Shown one piece after another: positions 40,334 through 48,735 of a DNA stretch of 64,000 bases; within the stretch, counting starts at the first letter, position 1; each line of letters starts with the position of its first letter. The stretch lies in sequence record OZ413487.1, one strand, 5' to 3'. Under the pieces are notes generated by a model. That model was not told where the DNA came from. It did not search any database and saw only the letters and a program-made list of their open reading frames with translations. The position numbers were made by a program, and so were the translations under genes. The DNA comes from a phage.

Positions 40334-40699
40334 ATGGAACAAATGAACGATCAAGCGTCGGTTGCGATGAACGAGCAAGAACAACCTCAAGAATTTTTCT
40401 TAGGGTTAAGTAAAGATCAAGTGTCTCTTCTGCTAGTGCTTTCTTCTTTCATGGGAAGACTTCAGGAGCTTACACAACAGCCAGAGGCTGAACAATTATT
40501 CCAGGCTCTGCGTGAAGAAGAAAAATATCGTCGTTTGGACTATGCCTTAGGTTGGGTAGCTCAACAACGAGATATGCTGATGGCCCTCTCTGGGACCACA
40601 AGTTTTGCAATGGGCCTGTTGGCTCAAGTTCAGGACAAATTAATTCAAGCAGGGTTTGCACACACGGCAAACACTAACGAAGAACAAGGAGATAAATAA
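40334..40699 (+). CDS. hypothetical protein
   Basis: 121-aa ORF with RBS GGAGA. Confidence 0.5.
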   Translation: MEQMNDQASVAMNEQEQPQEFFLGLSKDQVSLLLVLSSFMGRLQELTQQPEAEQLFQALREEEKYRRLDYALGWVAQQRDMLMALSGTTSFAMGLLAQVQDKLIQAGFAHTANTNEEQGDK

Positions 40700-41925
40700 T
40701 GAGCGTTATTCAACAATTCGCTAACCCGATGAATCCGCGTGAAACTGTTTTACTAGCTCACGGCATGATTAAACGTGTCAGCATCAAGCCTATCAAAGGT
40801 GCTGATCCTACAACAGGTATTAAAACCACTGTGTGGCAAGGTAAGAAAATTGAATCCAGCCACACCATCTCTTTACTGATTTCTGAACTGGATTCCTCTG
40901 ATAACCTACTTCAAGGTGGTGAAGAAGTTTGGATCAGTATGGGCGATAAGCTGCTTAAACCAGGTCATCAAGACTCTGTCTCTGTTAAAATTGATGACAA
41001 GTGGGAAACCGTAACGCCAGGATGGATCGTAAATATCCCTTTGAAGGCAAACGAGCATAACGGTAAGACCTACTACAAAGGCTCACTGGCTAAGATGGTT
41101 AAGCTGGGTGCAGGAGAGGCTCCAGCAGCGACTCAGCAGCAAAAACAGCAACAAGGTGCACAATCACAAGGCCAGAAGCAGAAACCTCAGCAGAATGCCA
41201 ATCAGGACGTTTTACGCATCTATGGTGATGTGACTCAGATTGTTGGCAACGTGGTTACTGTTAATGACCACAAGATTGGCGAAGGTGCTATGGTTGTCAC
41301 TGATGAGCAGCTTAAAGACCTGGTGGTAGGTGGTCGTGTTGCAGCCATTGTTGACAAAGACACCGGAAACATTATCAGTGGCTTCAAGGCCTATCCTCCT
41401 AAGGCAGAGAACGGCACTCAAGGCTCTGGTGGCAAGCGTAAATCCTCTTACGACCCTATCGGTGTGGAGACGGGACATAGCATCAATGCGTTGCAGATCA
41501 TCCTGGATCGCGGGTTTAAGGTGGACGACCCACTAGGCGTGGCTAAAACACTGCACGTAGTCACCATTGAGCTTAAGAAAGAGTATGCTCAAGCCACCAA
41601 CCGAACTGAAGATGAAGTAGGTGCCAGTGTCGGCAATGCGGTGTTGAACGCTTGTCGCCGTATTGACAAGAAAACGAAAGTTGATGATTTTGCAGCGGCA
41701 ATTACTGCAGAAGCAAAAGATGTCTTGACTAATCTGGCTGAGCCGTTGTACGATTGGATCAAGAACGGTGCTGGGTCCACTGACCATCAAGAACCTCAAG
41801 CTGCCAAACAGGAAGCAGCTCCACAGCAAAACACTGTAGACGCTCCTCCTGTAAATGACGAGGAAGATGACCCGATGGATCAGAATCCAGCACAGTATGA
41901 GTTCGATGACTCGATCCCTTTCTGA
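40699..41925 (+). CDS. single-stranded DNA-binding protein-like (acidic C-terminal tail)
   Basis: C-terminus ...EFDDSIPF resembles the SSB acidic tail (E. coli SSB ends DDDIPF). Q-rich low-complexity linker. Adjacent to the replication genes. Confidence 0.5.
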   Translation: MSVIQQFANPMNPRETVLLAHGMIKRVSIKPIKGADPTTGIKTTVWQGKKIESSHTISLLISELDSSDNLLQGGEEVWISMGDKLLKPGHQDSVSVKIDDKWETVTPGWIVNIPLKANEHNGKTYYKGSLAKMVKLGAGEAPAATQQQKQQQGAQSQGQKQKPQQNANQDVLRIYGDVTQIVGNVVTVNDHKIGEGAMVVTDEQLKDLVVGGRVAAIVDKDTGNIISGFKAYPPKAENGTQGSGGKRKSSYDPIGVETGHSINALQIILDRGFKVDDPLGVAKTLHVVTIELKKEYAQATNRTEDEVGASVGNAVLNACRRIDKKTKVDDFAAAITAEAKDVLTNLAEPLYDWIKNGAGSTDHQEPQAAKQEAAPQQNTVDAPPVNDEEDDPMDQNPAQYEFDDSIPF

Positions 41926-41933
41926 GGTCAGTT

Positions 41934-42512
41934 ATGAAATGCAAACGTTGTGGAGAGGACAAGGAGGCCTCCGACTTCTACACCAGTAACAAATCAACGT
42001 GCAAAGAGTGTTGCAAGAAGGCCAGCAGGGAGGCTGACCAATTTGCTAAAGACTCTTCAGAAAAAGGTGTAATACGTGTGTTGTACAAGGCTCAAAAGTG
42101 CAACAGCAAGCAAAGAGGTCACCCTCCTCCGACTTACACCAAAAAAGAGTTTAAGGAGTGGCTATACCTTAACGGTTACAAAGAGTTGTATGATCAGTGG
42201 GTAGCCAGCGGATACGACAAAAGGAAAAAGCCTTCTTGTGACAGGATAGATGATTTCAAAGGGTACTCTTTTGATAATATCCGTTTAACGACTTGGGGAG
42301 AAAATAAAGACAAGCAGACAGAGGATATTCTGTTACATAGAAGCACCAGCGGTAGACGGTGCAAAAATGTAAGGAGGTTGGACATGAATGGTAACGTTCT
42401 TAAAGAATGGGTATCTCACAACTCTTGTAGCAGAGAAACCGGAATATATATTGGTTACTACATTCATGAAAAAATTCCAGCTCCAGATGGATACTTATAC
42501 GAATACTTTTAA
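41934..42512 (+). CDS. HNH-family endonuclease-like protein with N-terminal zinc ribbon
   Basis: CKRCG ... CKECC zinc ribbon and a DRIDDFKGYSFDNIRLTTWGEN core resembling HNH_3-type homing endonucleases, with the His position substituted. Confidence 0.4.
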   Translation: MKCKRCGEDKEASDFYTSNKSTCKECCKKASREADQFAKDSSEKGVIRVLYKAQKCNSKQRGHPPPTYTKKEFKEWLYLNGYKELYDQWVASGYDKRKKPSCDRIDDFKGYSFDNIRLTTWGENKDKQTEDILLHRSTSGRRCKNVRRLDMNGNVLKEWVSHNSCSRETGIYIGYYIHEKIPAPDGYLYEYF

Positions 42513-42526
42513 CACATAACTAACAT

Positions 42527-42557
42527 AGCCCTGCCCGAAAGGGTGGGGCATTTTTGT
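42527..42557 (+). terminator. rho-independent terminator (same hairpin as 31529)
   Basis: CCCTGCCC-GAAA-GGGTGGGG hairpin plus TTTTTG. Confidence 0.75.
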
Positions 42558-42574
42558 ATAAGGAGATCTGAAAA

Positions 42575-42991
42575 ATGACATTAGAAGATATCATTGTTAA
42601 ACCTGAGAACTATGACCAATACAACCTGTCAACTCAATCTGTAGACCTTGGATGCGCCACAGTTAGTGCGTGGCTGGTTAATGGAAAAGAGCTGGACAAG
42701 TGCTTAGAAGCTCACATGTCTGTTAACAAGTTTCTGGATGAAAATACTCACTGGCTTGAGGGTGCTGGAGTATATGCTTCATGGTTGGAGAGCATGGGCT
42801 TTGACTATCAATCTGATGAAGGGTGGTGGAGCTATCTGGCTATCTGTCCAGAAACACTGCAATGCTTCATGAAATACTCTGAAGATCTTGAGTACCGAGC
42901 GGTGGTTGATAGTGCTATTGCCCGTTATAGCCGTAAACCTTTTTCCCATGACATTAAAACTGTGGAAGAATTTGTTGAAGTTTTCTGTTGA
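42575..42991 (+). CDS. hypothetical protein
   Basis: 138-aa ORF with RBS AAGGAGA. Confidence 0.55.
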   Translation: MTLEDIIVKPENYDQYNLSTQSVDLGCATVSAWLVNGKELDKCLEAHMSVNKFLDENTHWLEGAGVYASWLESMGFDYQSDEGWWSYLAICPETLQCFMKYSEDLEYRAVVDSAIARYSRKPFSHDIKTVEEFVEVFC

Positions 42992-43087
42992 CACAGGTTG
43001 AAAGGTGTGCAATTATAACTTCATAAAACGGGAGGACGCGATGAACGAAGAAAACTGGGATGTATAACTAACAGGAGACCACTGCCC

Positions 43088-43285
43088 ATGATTTATCGAA
43101 TCCGTGTAAGAGAAGATGCACCAGGCTGTTACTTTGACTGGCGTGGGTGGTGGTTTCTCCACCCGATGGATGGACTCACAGATAGAATGCTGGATGCTGC
43201 CCTTTATACAGATACCGACATAGAATATAATCTTTATCTGAAGGACGGTATAGATAACGGCCTATTTGAAGCAATTCCTGTGTAA
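43088..43285 (+). CDS. hypothetical protein
   Basis: 65-aa ORF with RBS AGGAGA; a TTGACA promoter-like element lies at about 42990. Confidence 0.45.
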   Translation: MIYRIRVREDAPGCYFDWRGWWFLHPMDGLTDRMLDAALYTDTDIEYNLYLKDGIDNGLFEAIPV

Positions 43286-43353
43286 GAGACTGCGATAGCC
43301 ATGTTTTATGATCTTCCTGTAGCACCACCACCTATTGAACCCGGAGAACCAAG

Positions 43354-43773
43354 ATGATCTATGAAATGCCAAAATTGATCCGTGACGATGCCCAAAACCA
43401 CACCATTATTATGGGTAAACGCATGAATATCCTTTGCCGTAACGATTTCTGTGGTGGAGAATACGTTGCAGACTACTTCGGTGAGAATGGTAAACACCCT
43501 GTTCAGTTCTTCCTTGACCATGAGGATAACATTATCTGGGAGTTTGAAACTGAAGATATCCGCAACCTCTTCATCTTCCTCGGTGTCAAGGTTAAGGCCA
43601 ATTTCGCAGAAGGTGAGTGCGACGATTGTGGATTTTATGAGGTGACAGACTTTTATCTCCCGAGTGGCAAGAACCTTTACTATGAGAGTCACTTCGGAAA
43701 CACCAACATGCCTCAAAGCTGGGAAGAATTTTTCAGTATCGTAGAAGAGGAGCTGGCATACCGTGATTATTGA
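43354..43773 (+). CDS. hypothetical protein
   Basis: 139-aa ORF with RBS GGAGAA. Confidence 0.5.
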   Translation: MIYEMPKLIRDDAQNHTIIMGKRMNILCRNDFCGGEYVADYFGENGKHPVQFFLDHEDNIIWEFETEDIRNLFIFLGVKVKANFAEGECDDCGFYEVTDFYLPSGKNLYYESHFGNTNMPQSWEEFFSIVEEELAYRDY

Positions 43774-44221
43774 TACTGTAAAGGGAGATTTAATCTCCCT
43801 TTTTAAGAGCGGTGCTGGTCACCTGATCCACGGTTGTAACTGCTTCCACACAATGGGTAAAGGTATAGCAAAACAGATTGCCCGTGAGTTCCCTCAAGCA
43901 TTGGCAGCCGACAAAGAGACGAGACACGGTTGCCTAAGTAAACTGGGTGCGTTCTCCCGATGGGAGCACTTATCTCCGATAGGTATTGTCTACGGAATCA
44001 ATCTGTATACTCAGTTCTACCCAGGGCCTAATGCTGAATATTTCTCAATCCTGAAAGGCTTTGAGCTAGTCAATGAGGTATTCAAGGGATCGACTTTACC
44101 ATTCTACATCCCTAAGATCGGGTGCGGCATAGGCGGTTTGAAGTGGGAGCACGTAGAGGACGTTATTAACCTCGCCACTTTTGATATAGATATTATCGTG
44201 GTGGAGTACAAAGAGTGTTGA
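43763..44221 (+). CDS. macro-domain protein (ADP-ribose binding / processing)
   Basis: LIHGCNCFHTMGKGIAKQIAREFP matches the macro-domain N-terminal signature and IGCGIGGLKWEHV the C-terminal G-x-G-I-x-G signature. GTG start. Confidence 0.55.
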   Translation: MIIDTVKGDLISLFKSGAGHLIHGCNCFHTMGKGIAKQIAREFPQALAADKETRHGCLSKLGAFSRWEHLSPIGIVYGINLYTQFYPGPNAEYFSILKGFELVNEVFKGSTLPFYIPKIGCGIGGLKWEHVEDVINLATFDIDIIVVEYKEC

Positions 44222-44246
44222 CAGCTGGCTTTTGAGATGGTATAGT
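44218..44246 (+). promoter_or_regulatory. sigma70-type promoter (TTGACA-N17-TATAGT)
   Basis: Hexamers with a 17-nt spacer, upstream of the 44275 gene. Confidence 0.55.
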
Positions 44247-44274
44247 CACCACAACGATTGAGAGAGGGAGCACT

Positions 44275-44475
44275 ATGGAGACTAAAATCTTAATTCTGGC
44301 TGTGATAGATACGACCGAAGGGGCCGTGTTCGAATCTGCAGGAGGGTATTTCTACCTGCCCTACGGAAAAAGAACTTCCGAACCGAGTAAAGATTCAATC
44401 CTTAAAGTGTTCCCTTGTGCTTTCTGGCTGGAGATTCTGGTAGAAGATTGCAGAGGATTGGGGAGAGAATTATGA
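44275..44475 (+). CDS. hypothetical protein
   Basis: 66-aa ORF with RBS GAGGGAG. Confidence 0.5.
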   Translation: METKILILAVIDTTEGAVFESAGGYFYLPYGKRTSEPSKDSILKVFPCAFWLEILVEDCRGLGREL

Positions 44476-44666
44476 GAAACAAGAAAGAGCTTTACTCTGG
44501 CGAGTGGATCAACGATCAACAGGTCGGAGAGGTAACCTGCTTCCGATGTTTTACCAGGTACAATCTTAAAACTGCACCAAAAAGTGTTCCAAAGACTGAT
44601 GGTTATTATATAAAAGAACCTCATTGCCCAAAATGTAAATGCCGATTGTACTGGAGCAATCTGTAA
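44472..44666 (+). CDS. small zinc-ribbon protein
   Basis: ATG at 44472 after GGGGAGAG. CFRC ... CPKCKC Cys pairs. Confidence 0.5.
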   Translation: MRNKKELYSGEWINDQQVGEVTCFRCFTRYNLKTAPKSVPKTDGYYIKEPHCPKCKCRLYWSNL

Positions 44667-44670
44667 GAGG

Positions 44671-44698
44671 TTGACATCTGAAAACTGCAGTGTATAAT
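44671..44698 (+). promoter_or_regulatory. sigma70-type promoter (TTGACA-N16-TATAAT)
   Basis: Consensus hexamers with a TG immediately upstream of the -10. Confidence 0.6.
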
Positions 44699-44729
44699 AT
44701 ACGCATAAACTAACAGAGAGCGATGTATT

Positions 44730-44921
44730 ATGGTAATTTTTAACCGGGATGGTATCATAGTTAGACAGCACCCGTTCCTTGAATACTATCAAATTGAGCA
44801 ATGGTGCTACGGGGATTGCAGTCACTCCTATGGGCAAAGTTGGGGATACCGTACAGTTTTTGAATCCACAGACCTTGACAAAGTAAGACAGAAAGTTTTA
44901 GAACTTATTAACAACAAGTGA
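44730..44921 (+). CDS. hypothetical protein
   Basis: 63-aa ORF. Confidence 0.45.
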   Translation: MVIFNRDGIIVRQHPFLEYYQIEQWCYGDCSHSYGQSWGYRTVFESTDLDKVRQKVLELINNK

Positions 44922-44928
44922 GTATGAT

Positions 44929-45261
44929 ATGGTAACATTAGAAAGACGTAAAGCTATTGCCGCCACACTGGCAGACATCTTTTGGGATTGTAATTTAAAA
45001 TCTACCCGAAATTGTGGCGCATCTGTAGATGTATTATTCCCACGGCCTACTATTGTTGCAATGGGCAACCTTCTTGATGTGGTATATGGAGCATGGGACA
45101 AGGAAGGTGGATTCTATATCTGGCAACCTGACTACGGGACTTGGAAAGAGGTTAGTGGTTCTACGGACTTCACTCCTGCAGTGGCTAAAATGGATGGCTG
45201 GAAAATCTATGTCGGTAACGACATGGAACTGAAAGGCGAAATTGTTTACTGGTTACCTTAA
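44929..45261 (+). CDS. hypothetical protein
   Basis: 110-aa ORF. Confidence 0.5.
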   Translation: MVTLERRKAIAATLADIFWDCNLKSTRNCGASVDVLFPRPTIVAMGNLLDVVYGAWDKEGGFYIWQPDYGTWKEVSGSTDFTPAVAKMDGWKIYVGNDMELKGEIVYWLP

Positions 45262-45282
45262 GAGAATGCAGGAGATAAAGTT

Positions 45283-45528
45283 ATGAACAAAGGGTGGACA
45301 TTTGTAGACGGCGTTAAAAACATGCCTCTAGGAAAGTATATTGTAGCCATGGCTGATGAGGATGGCAATGTGGATTTCGGAGCTTGCGAGGTTGTTCTTG
45401 CAGGATCTGGTAACTATGTGGACAAAACCGGGATAATTAACGGTCAGTTCTACTTTGATCACAACCCTGTTGTAGCGTATATGGCTATGCCAGAGTTTAA
45501 GTTCCCAAAGGATGGTGCTGATGTTTAA
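45283..45528 (+). CDS. hypothetical protein
   Basis: 81-aa ORF with RBS CAGGAGA. Confidence 0.5.
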   Translation: MNKGWTFVDGVKNMPLGKYIVAMADEDGNVDFGACEVVLAGSGNYVDKTGIINGQFYFDHNPVVAYMAMPEFKFPKDGADV

Positions 45529-45718
45529 GCTTAAATCCGCATGGAGCATTGCTGTGGGTGATGAGATCCGTATCCCCGGTGGGAAGACCATTATGAAGAT
45601 ATCTCGTATTGAGTACGAAGGTGACCGTGTATTCCACATCTTCGCAGAAGATGGTCGAGAAATTTATATACAGGCAGGTTCTCACATTTATATCCGTAAG
45701 AAAGGGGACGACAAATGA
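45512..45718 (+). CDS. hypothetical protein
   Basis: 68-aa ORF. Confidence 0.45.
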   Translation: MVLMFKLKSAWSIAVGDEIRIPGGKTIMKISRIEYEGDRVFHIFAEDGREIYIQAGSHIYIRKKGDDK

Positions 45719-46044
45719 CAGAAATCATCATTTCAACTGCAGGGTATGTGTTCCTGACAATCATTGCACTGACTATTTTGGTGACAGTGTATGGGTTTGT
45801 TATCCTTCCTATCCTTGAGACATTTAGTTTGTGTCGGTGTTGGAGAAAAGCTTACGGTCCACAACCATGGAAGGACTGGCCCCACCTGGTGCGCTTAGCG
45901 TTCTCTTATGCTTACGATCACTCCAGTAGTGCATGCATAACCGGATACCACGCCCACAACTGGAGCTGGGAAGGGTTGAGGAAATGGAATGTTACAAAGA
46001 CCATACCTCTGCGCATGTACAAACCTAAAAACAAAGACAACTGA
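45715..46044 (+). CDS. small membrane protein
   Basis: N-terminal transmembrane segment (YVFLTIIALTILVTVYGFVILPIL); RBS AAGGGGA. Confidence 0.55.
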   Translation: MTEIIISTAGYVFLTIIALTILVTVYGFVILPILETFSLCRCWRKAYGPQPWKDWPHLVRLAFSYAYDHSSSACITGYHAHNWSWEGLRKWNVTKTIPLRMYKPKNKDN

Positions 46045-46086
46045 TACTTGAAAATTCTTGGCATATCAAGTATAAGGGGGATTTCT

Positions 46087-46533
46087 AAAATGGATTTCCT
46101 CCTTTTGATATTTCACCGGGCCGGATATTTTAAAATTCTTAGAAAATCAGAAAATGGATCGAAAACTAAAATGGATTTTTCAGAGTAGGCGCGACAAGCT
46201 GAATAACTCATCCTATCGTTTGCACCATATTCCAGGCCACCATTATAGATTTCCCACACATGCTAACCTCCCTCTACTAGAACTTCCTCCACTTACCCTT
46301 GACCTTCTATGGTAACAATCTAACCGCTATCTTGAAGTTGCTGTGCAGCTTTCCAGGTACTCGATCTACTTTTCATTTCAGGGCTTGGATTTTCTGAAAA
46401 TTTTTCTCGATAAATTTCTCAGTACTCGATCTGTTTTTCGTTTTCTGAATCGGATTTTCTGGAAATCGTTCCGGCTCTCGACCTGAAATTTTTGGGGACG
46501 AAATCGATTTTTCGTTTTCAGAAATGGATTTTT
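46087..46533. repeat. iteron-like array of short direct and inverted repeats (AAAATGGATTTT / GGATTTTCTGAAA, TACTCGATCT)
   Basis: Seven or more copies of the core and its complement within about 450 bp of ORF-free DNA. Confidence 0.6.
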
Positions 46534-46680
46534 AAAATTTCTATATGGGAATATTTTATGGGATACTGTTTTATAGGAAATTGTTACGGAGGGTAATTAG
46601 CGTGCTAATTAAATTTATTAAATGCGAGGAGTTCTCATTTAGAATTTTGAATGATAATCATTCTCGTTTGCAGAATAACG

Positions 46681-46703
46681 GGCAGGCCCGGTGATTGTCT
46701 CCC
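46681..46703 (+). repeat. 23-bp motif GGCAGGCCCGGTGATTGTCTCCC (left copy; a variant lies at 46821-46837)
   Basis: Exact reverse-complement copy at 54121-54143; embedded in a roughly 60-bp imperfect direct repeat (46640-46705 versus 46780-46840). Confidence 0.6.
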
Positions 46704-47060
46704 GGCCCCTACTGCCCCGGCTTGTTATTATAGTATCACACAGGACAAAGAAAGCAAGGATTTTTTGCATAAATTTTTAAATGATAATGATAACCGTTCT
46801 CATTTTATGCAGCGCCCATCCCCGGTGGTTGTCTCCCCCGTCACCGGTGCCTGCCGTCCTTTCGATAGGTATATCGTGCCACCTGGCGGGGCCGCTGTCA
46901 ACACTTTTCAAAAAATTTTTCTAACCTGATGCGCTAACCGCTGCAACCTGGCGGGGTCAGCCTGGCAGGACCTAACTGACCGGGTAGGAGAGAATGAAGG
47001 CTTGTAAACCTGGTGGGCCTATGCTACAGGATAGGTAACAATTGAAGAGGAGGTACAAAA

Positions 47061-47228
47061 ATGAAAGGTAATATGATCCCCCTAGAAAATGTAGCTATTA
47101 ATGACGCTGAGGCTATCGCCCTGGTTGAAAAGGCTATGGCGGGAGCGTTGGAACATAAAGAAGAGTACGAAAAATGGTGGTTAACCTGGCGGGGGCGGCA
47201 GGTGGATTCTATCATAAAAATAATTTAA
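47061..47228 (+). CDS. small protein (55 aa, below the ORF-track threshold)
   Basis: Strong RBS GAAGAGGAGG 7 nt before the ATG. Hand translation MKGNMIPLENVAINDAEAIALVEKAMAGALEHKEEYEKWWLTWRGRQVDSIIKII. Confidence 0.5.
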   Translation: MKGNMIPLENVAINDAEAIALVEKAMAGALEHKEEYEKWWLTWRGRQVDSIIKII

Positions 47229-47236
47229 AATAGTCG

Positions 47237-47265
47237 TTGACAACAAGGTTAATCATGGTATTATT
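47237..47265 (+). promoter_or_regulatory. sigma70-type promoter (TTGACA-N17-ATTATT)
   Basis: -35 hexamer in the same AATAGTCGTTGACAA context seen at 38641. Confidence 0.5.
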
Positions 47266-47315
47266 ACCCTACAAGGTGAACAACACCGCACTAACCAGTA
47301 AAGAGGATAAATTTA

Positions 47316-47512
47316 TGAACGCATACGGGATCAAAGTACGTCGCAACACTCGCCAGGTGGTCACCAATCAAGTGATTTGCCGGGTGGATGTAACCATCAA
47401 CAACGGGCAAGGCCTTTATAAATTTCGTCGCGGTCATAGCTATACCCTGCAACAGCTTAATCGTTGCGCCCTGACAAAAGGTCAGATCAACCATTGGTTT
47501 AATAAAAAATAA
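47316..47512 (+). CDS. small basic protein
   Basis: ATG after AAAGAGGATAAA; the N-terminal extension in the track ORF (47237) overlaps the promoter. Confidence 0.5.
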
Positions 47513-47515
47513 GTA

Positions 47516-47544
47516 TTGACATACAGTCCGACACCAAATACACT
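47516..47544 (+). promoter_or_regulatory. sigma70-type promoter (TTGACA-N17-TACACT)
   Basis: Upstream of the 47577 gene. Confidence 0.55.
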
Positions 47545-47576
47545 AAAAGCACAAAAGACACTAAGAGGATAAAATC

Positions 47577-47975
47577 ATGAAAACCACTACCTTTAATTTT
47601 GATAATGCAGACTTTTCTTTTTCTGATGTCAAGAACTGCCGCCGTGATCGTGGATTTTACAAGGCTTATAATCTGGTGGGCCTGGACGATGACAATAATT
47701 TGCACGAAGTAGCTGAGATCCGGTATTATGCCGCCGCCAGCGGTAACACTAACTACTGCGTTTTTTGGATACACGACAACAAGAACAATAAGTACGGTTA
47801 TACTGGTGGCAAGGCTAGCGGTCACGGTTATGATAAAGCCAACGCTGCACTTGAAAGCGCATTAAATGCCATGGGAATCACTGCCGACGGCTGGATCTAT
47901 GAAGAAGAGTTTTTGGCGGCACTTGCTGCCCACCTGGGCTATAAAAAGCACATTGTAACATGCGCCCACGAATAA
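47577..47975 (+). CDS. hypothetical protein
   Basis: 132-aa ORF with RBS AAGAGGA. Confidence 0.55.
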   Translation: MKTTTFNFDNADFSFSDVKNCRRDRGFYKAYNLVGLDDDNNLHEVAEIRYYAAASGNTNYCVFWIHDNKNNKYGYTGGKASGHGYDKANAALESALNAMGITADGWIYEEEFLAALAAHLGYKKHIVTCAHE

Positions 47976-47986
47976 AAAAAAAATTA

Positions 47987-48014
47987 TTGACACGCTGCAA
48001 AATTCAAGTAAACT
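47987..48014 (+). promoter_or_regulatory. sigma70-type promoter followed by 5' UTR hairpin GGCGGGAATGTTTCCCGCC (48025-48043)
   Basis: TTGACA at 47987, then a stable hairpin between the -10 and the RBS. Confidence 0.5.
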
Positions 48015-48062
48015 AGGCACAAAAGGCGGGAATGTTTCCCGCCAACACGAAGGAAAAAGATC

Positions 48063-48458
48063 ATGAATAAAAACGTACGCCGCATCATGAACGAACTGGC
48101 AAACGATGAAAAAATTATTGATATGCATTTGGTCAACATTTGCCGCCGTTGTGTAACATATAACAACCGCGCCGCAAAAGCGCGTGAGATGAACGCAAAA
48201 GGCACCTTAAAGCCCTTTCAGGTGGTTGTAAAATCTATGACCAGTGCAGCAGGCCAGGCGCATGACCACAACAACGGGAGCACTAATATTGATCCATCTT
48301 ACGTAATGAAACGGATCCGGACTTGCAAGAATAAAGAGCAGGTGTATAACGTCATAGATTGGCTGGACTCCCTGGGTGACGTGGTTTACAATAGGTTTTC
48401 TGCAGCTATTGAAATTCAGTTAGACAGGTTGGACGGGAAAGTACTGAAAACTTACTGA
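48063..48458 (+). CDS. hypothetical protein
   Basis: 131-aa ORF. Confidence 0.55.
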   Translation: MNKNVRRIMNELANDEKIIDMHLVNICRRCVTYNNRAAKAREMNAKGTLKPFQVVVKSMTSAAGQAHDHNNGSTNIDPSYVMKRIRTCKNKEQVYNVIDWLDSLGDVVYNRFSAAIEIQLDRLDGKVLKTY

Positions 48459-48460
48459 GT

Positions 48461-48505
48461 TTATTTTTAGATGGCCTTGACTCCAGGGCCATCAATAAAG
48501 TAAAC
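48461..48505 (+). repeat. 45-bp intergenic element TTATTTTTAGATGGCCTTGACTCCAGGGCCATCAATAAAGTAAAC (copy 1)
   Basis: Nearly identical copies at 49089-49133 and 52804-52848 and a variant at 49425-49470, each immediately after a stop codon. Contains the palindrome GATGGCC ... GGCCATC. Confidence 0.7.
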
Positions 48506-48538
48506 TAATCCCAGTTAAGCGAAAAAGGAGGCTTGAAG

Positions 48539-48658
48539 ATGAGCACTACACGCCAGCACACAAAGGTAACTATTATCGTTTGCATCATTGGTTATATCCT
48601 GGCGCAAATGTTGATGGGTAGCGCTAACGGTGTCGCAAAATTTTTCTTAAACTTTTAA
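48539..48658 (+). CDS. small hydrophobic peptide (39 aa)
   Basis: RBS AAAAAGGAGG; hand translation MSTTRQHTKVTIIVCIIGYILAQMLMGSANGVAKFFLNF, with a single transmembrane-like segment. Confidence 0.4.
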   Translation: MSTTRQHTKVTIIVCIIGYILAQMLMGSANGVAKFFLNF

Positions 48659-48686
48659 TTGACAAGCTAACTTAGATCAGTATACT
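48659..48686 (+). promoter_or_regulatory. sigma70-type promoter (TTGACA-N16-TATACT)
   Basis: Followed by a small 5' UTR hairpin and RBS AAAGGAGAAAACAT. Confidence 0.55.
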
Positions 48687-48735
48687 AAACACATAAACGG
48701 GAAAACTTCCCAGAACACCAAAAGGAGAAAACATT

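Noticed and set aside
44300-44345. tRNA-like GTTCGAATC (T-loop-like) sequence.
   Set aside because: The flanking sequence cannot form T-stem or acceptor-stem pairing and it lies inside a coding ORF. No convincing tRNA was found anywhere in the window by eye.
46651-46929. Plus-strand track ORF (92 aa) in the 46-47 kb repeat array.
   Set aside because: It is a translation of direct repeats with no RBS; its TGRPGDCLP motif simply mirrors the 23-bp DNA repeat.
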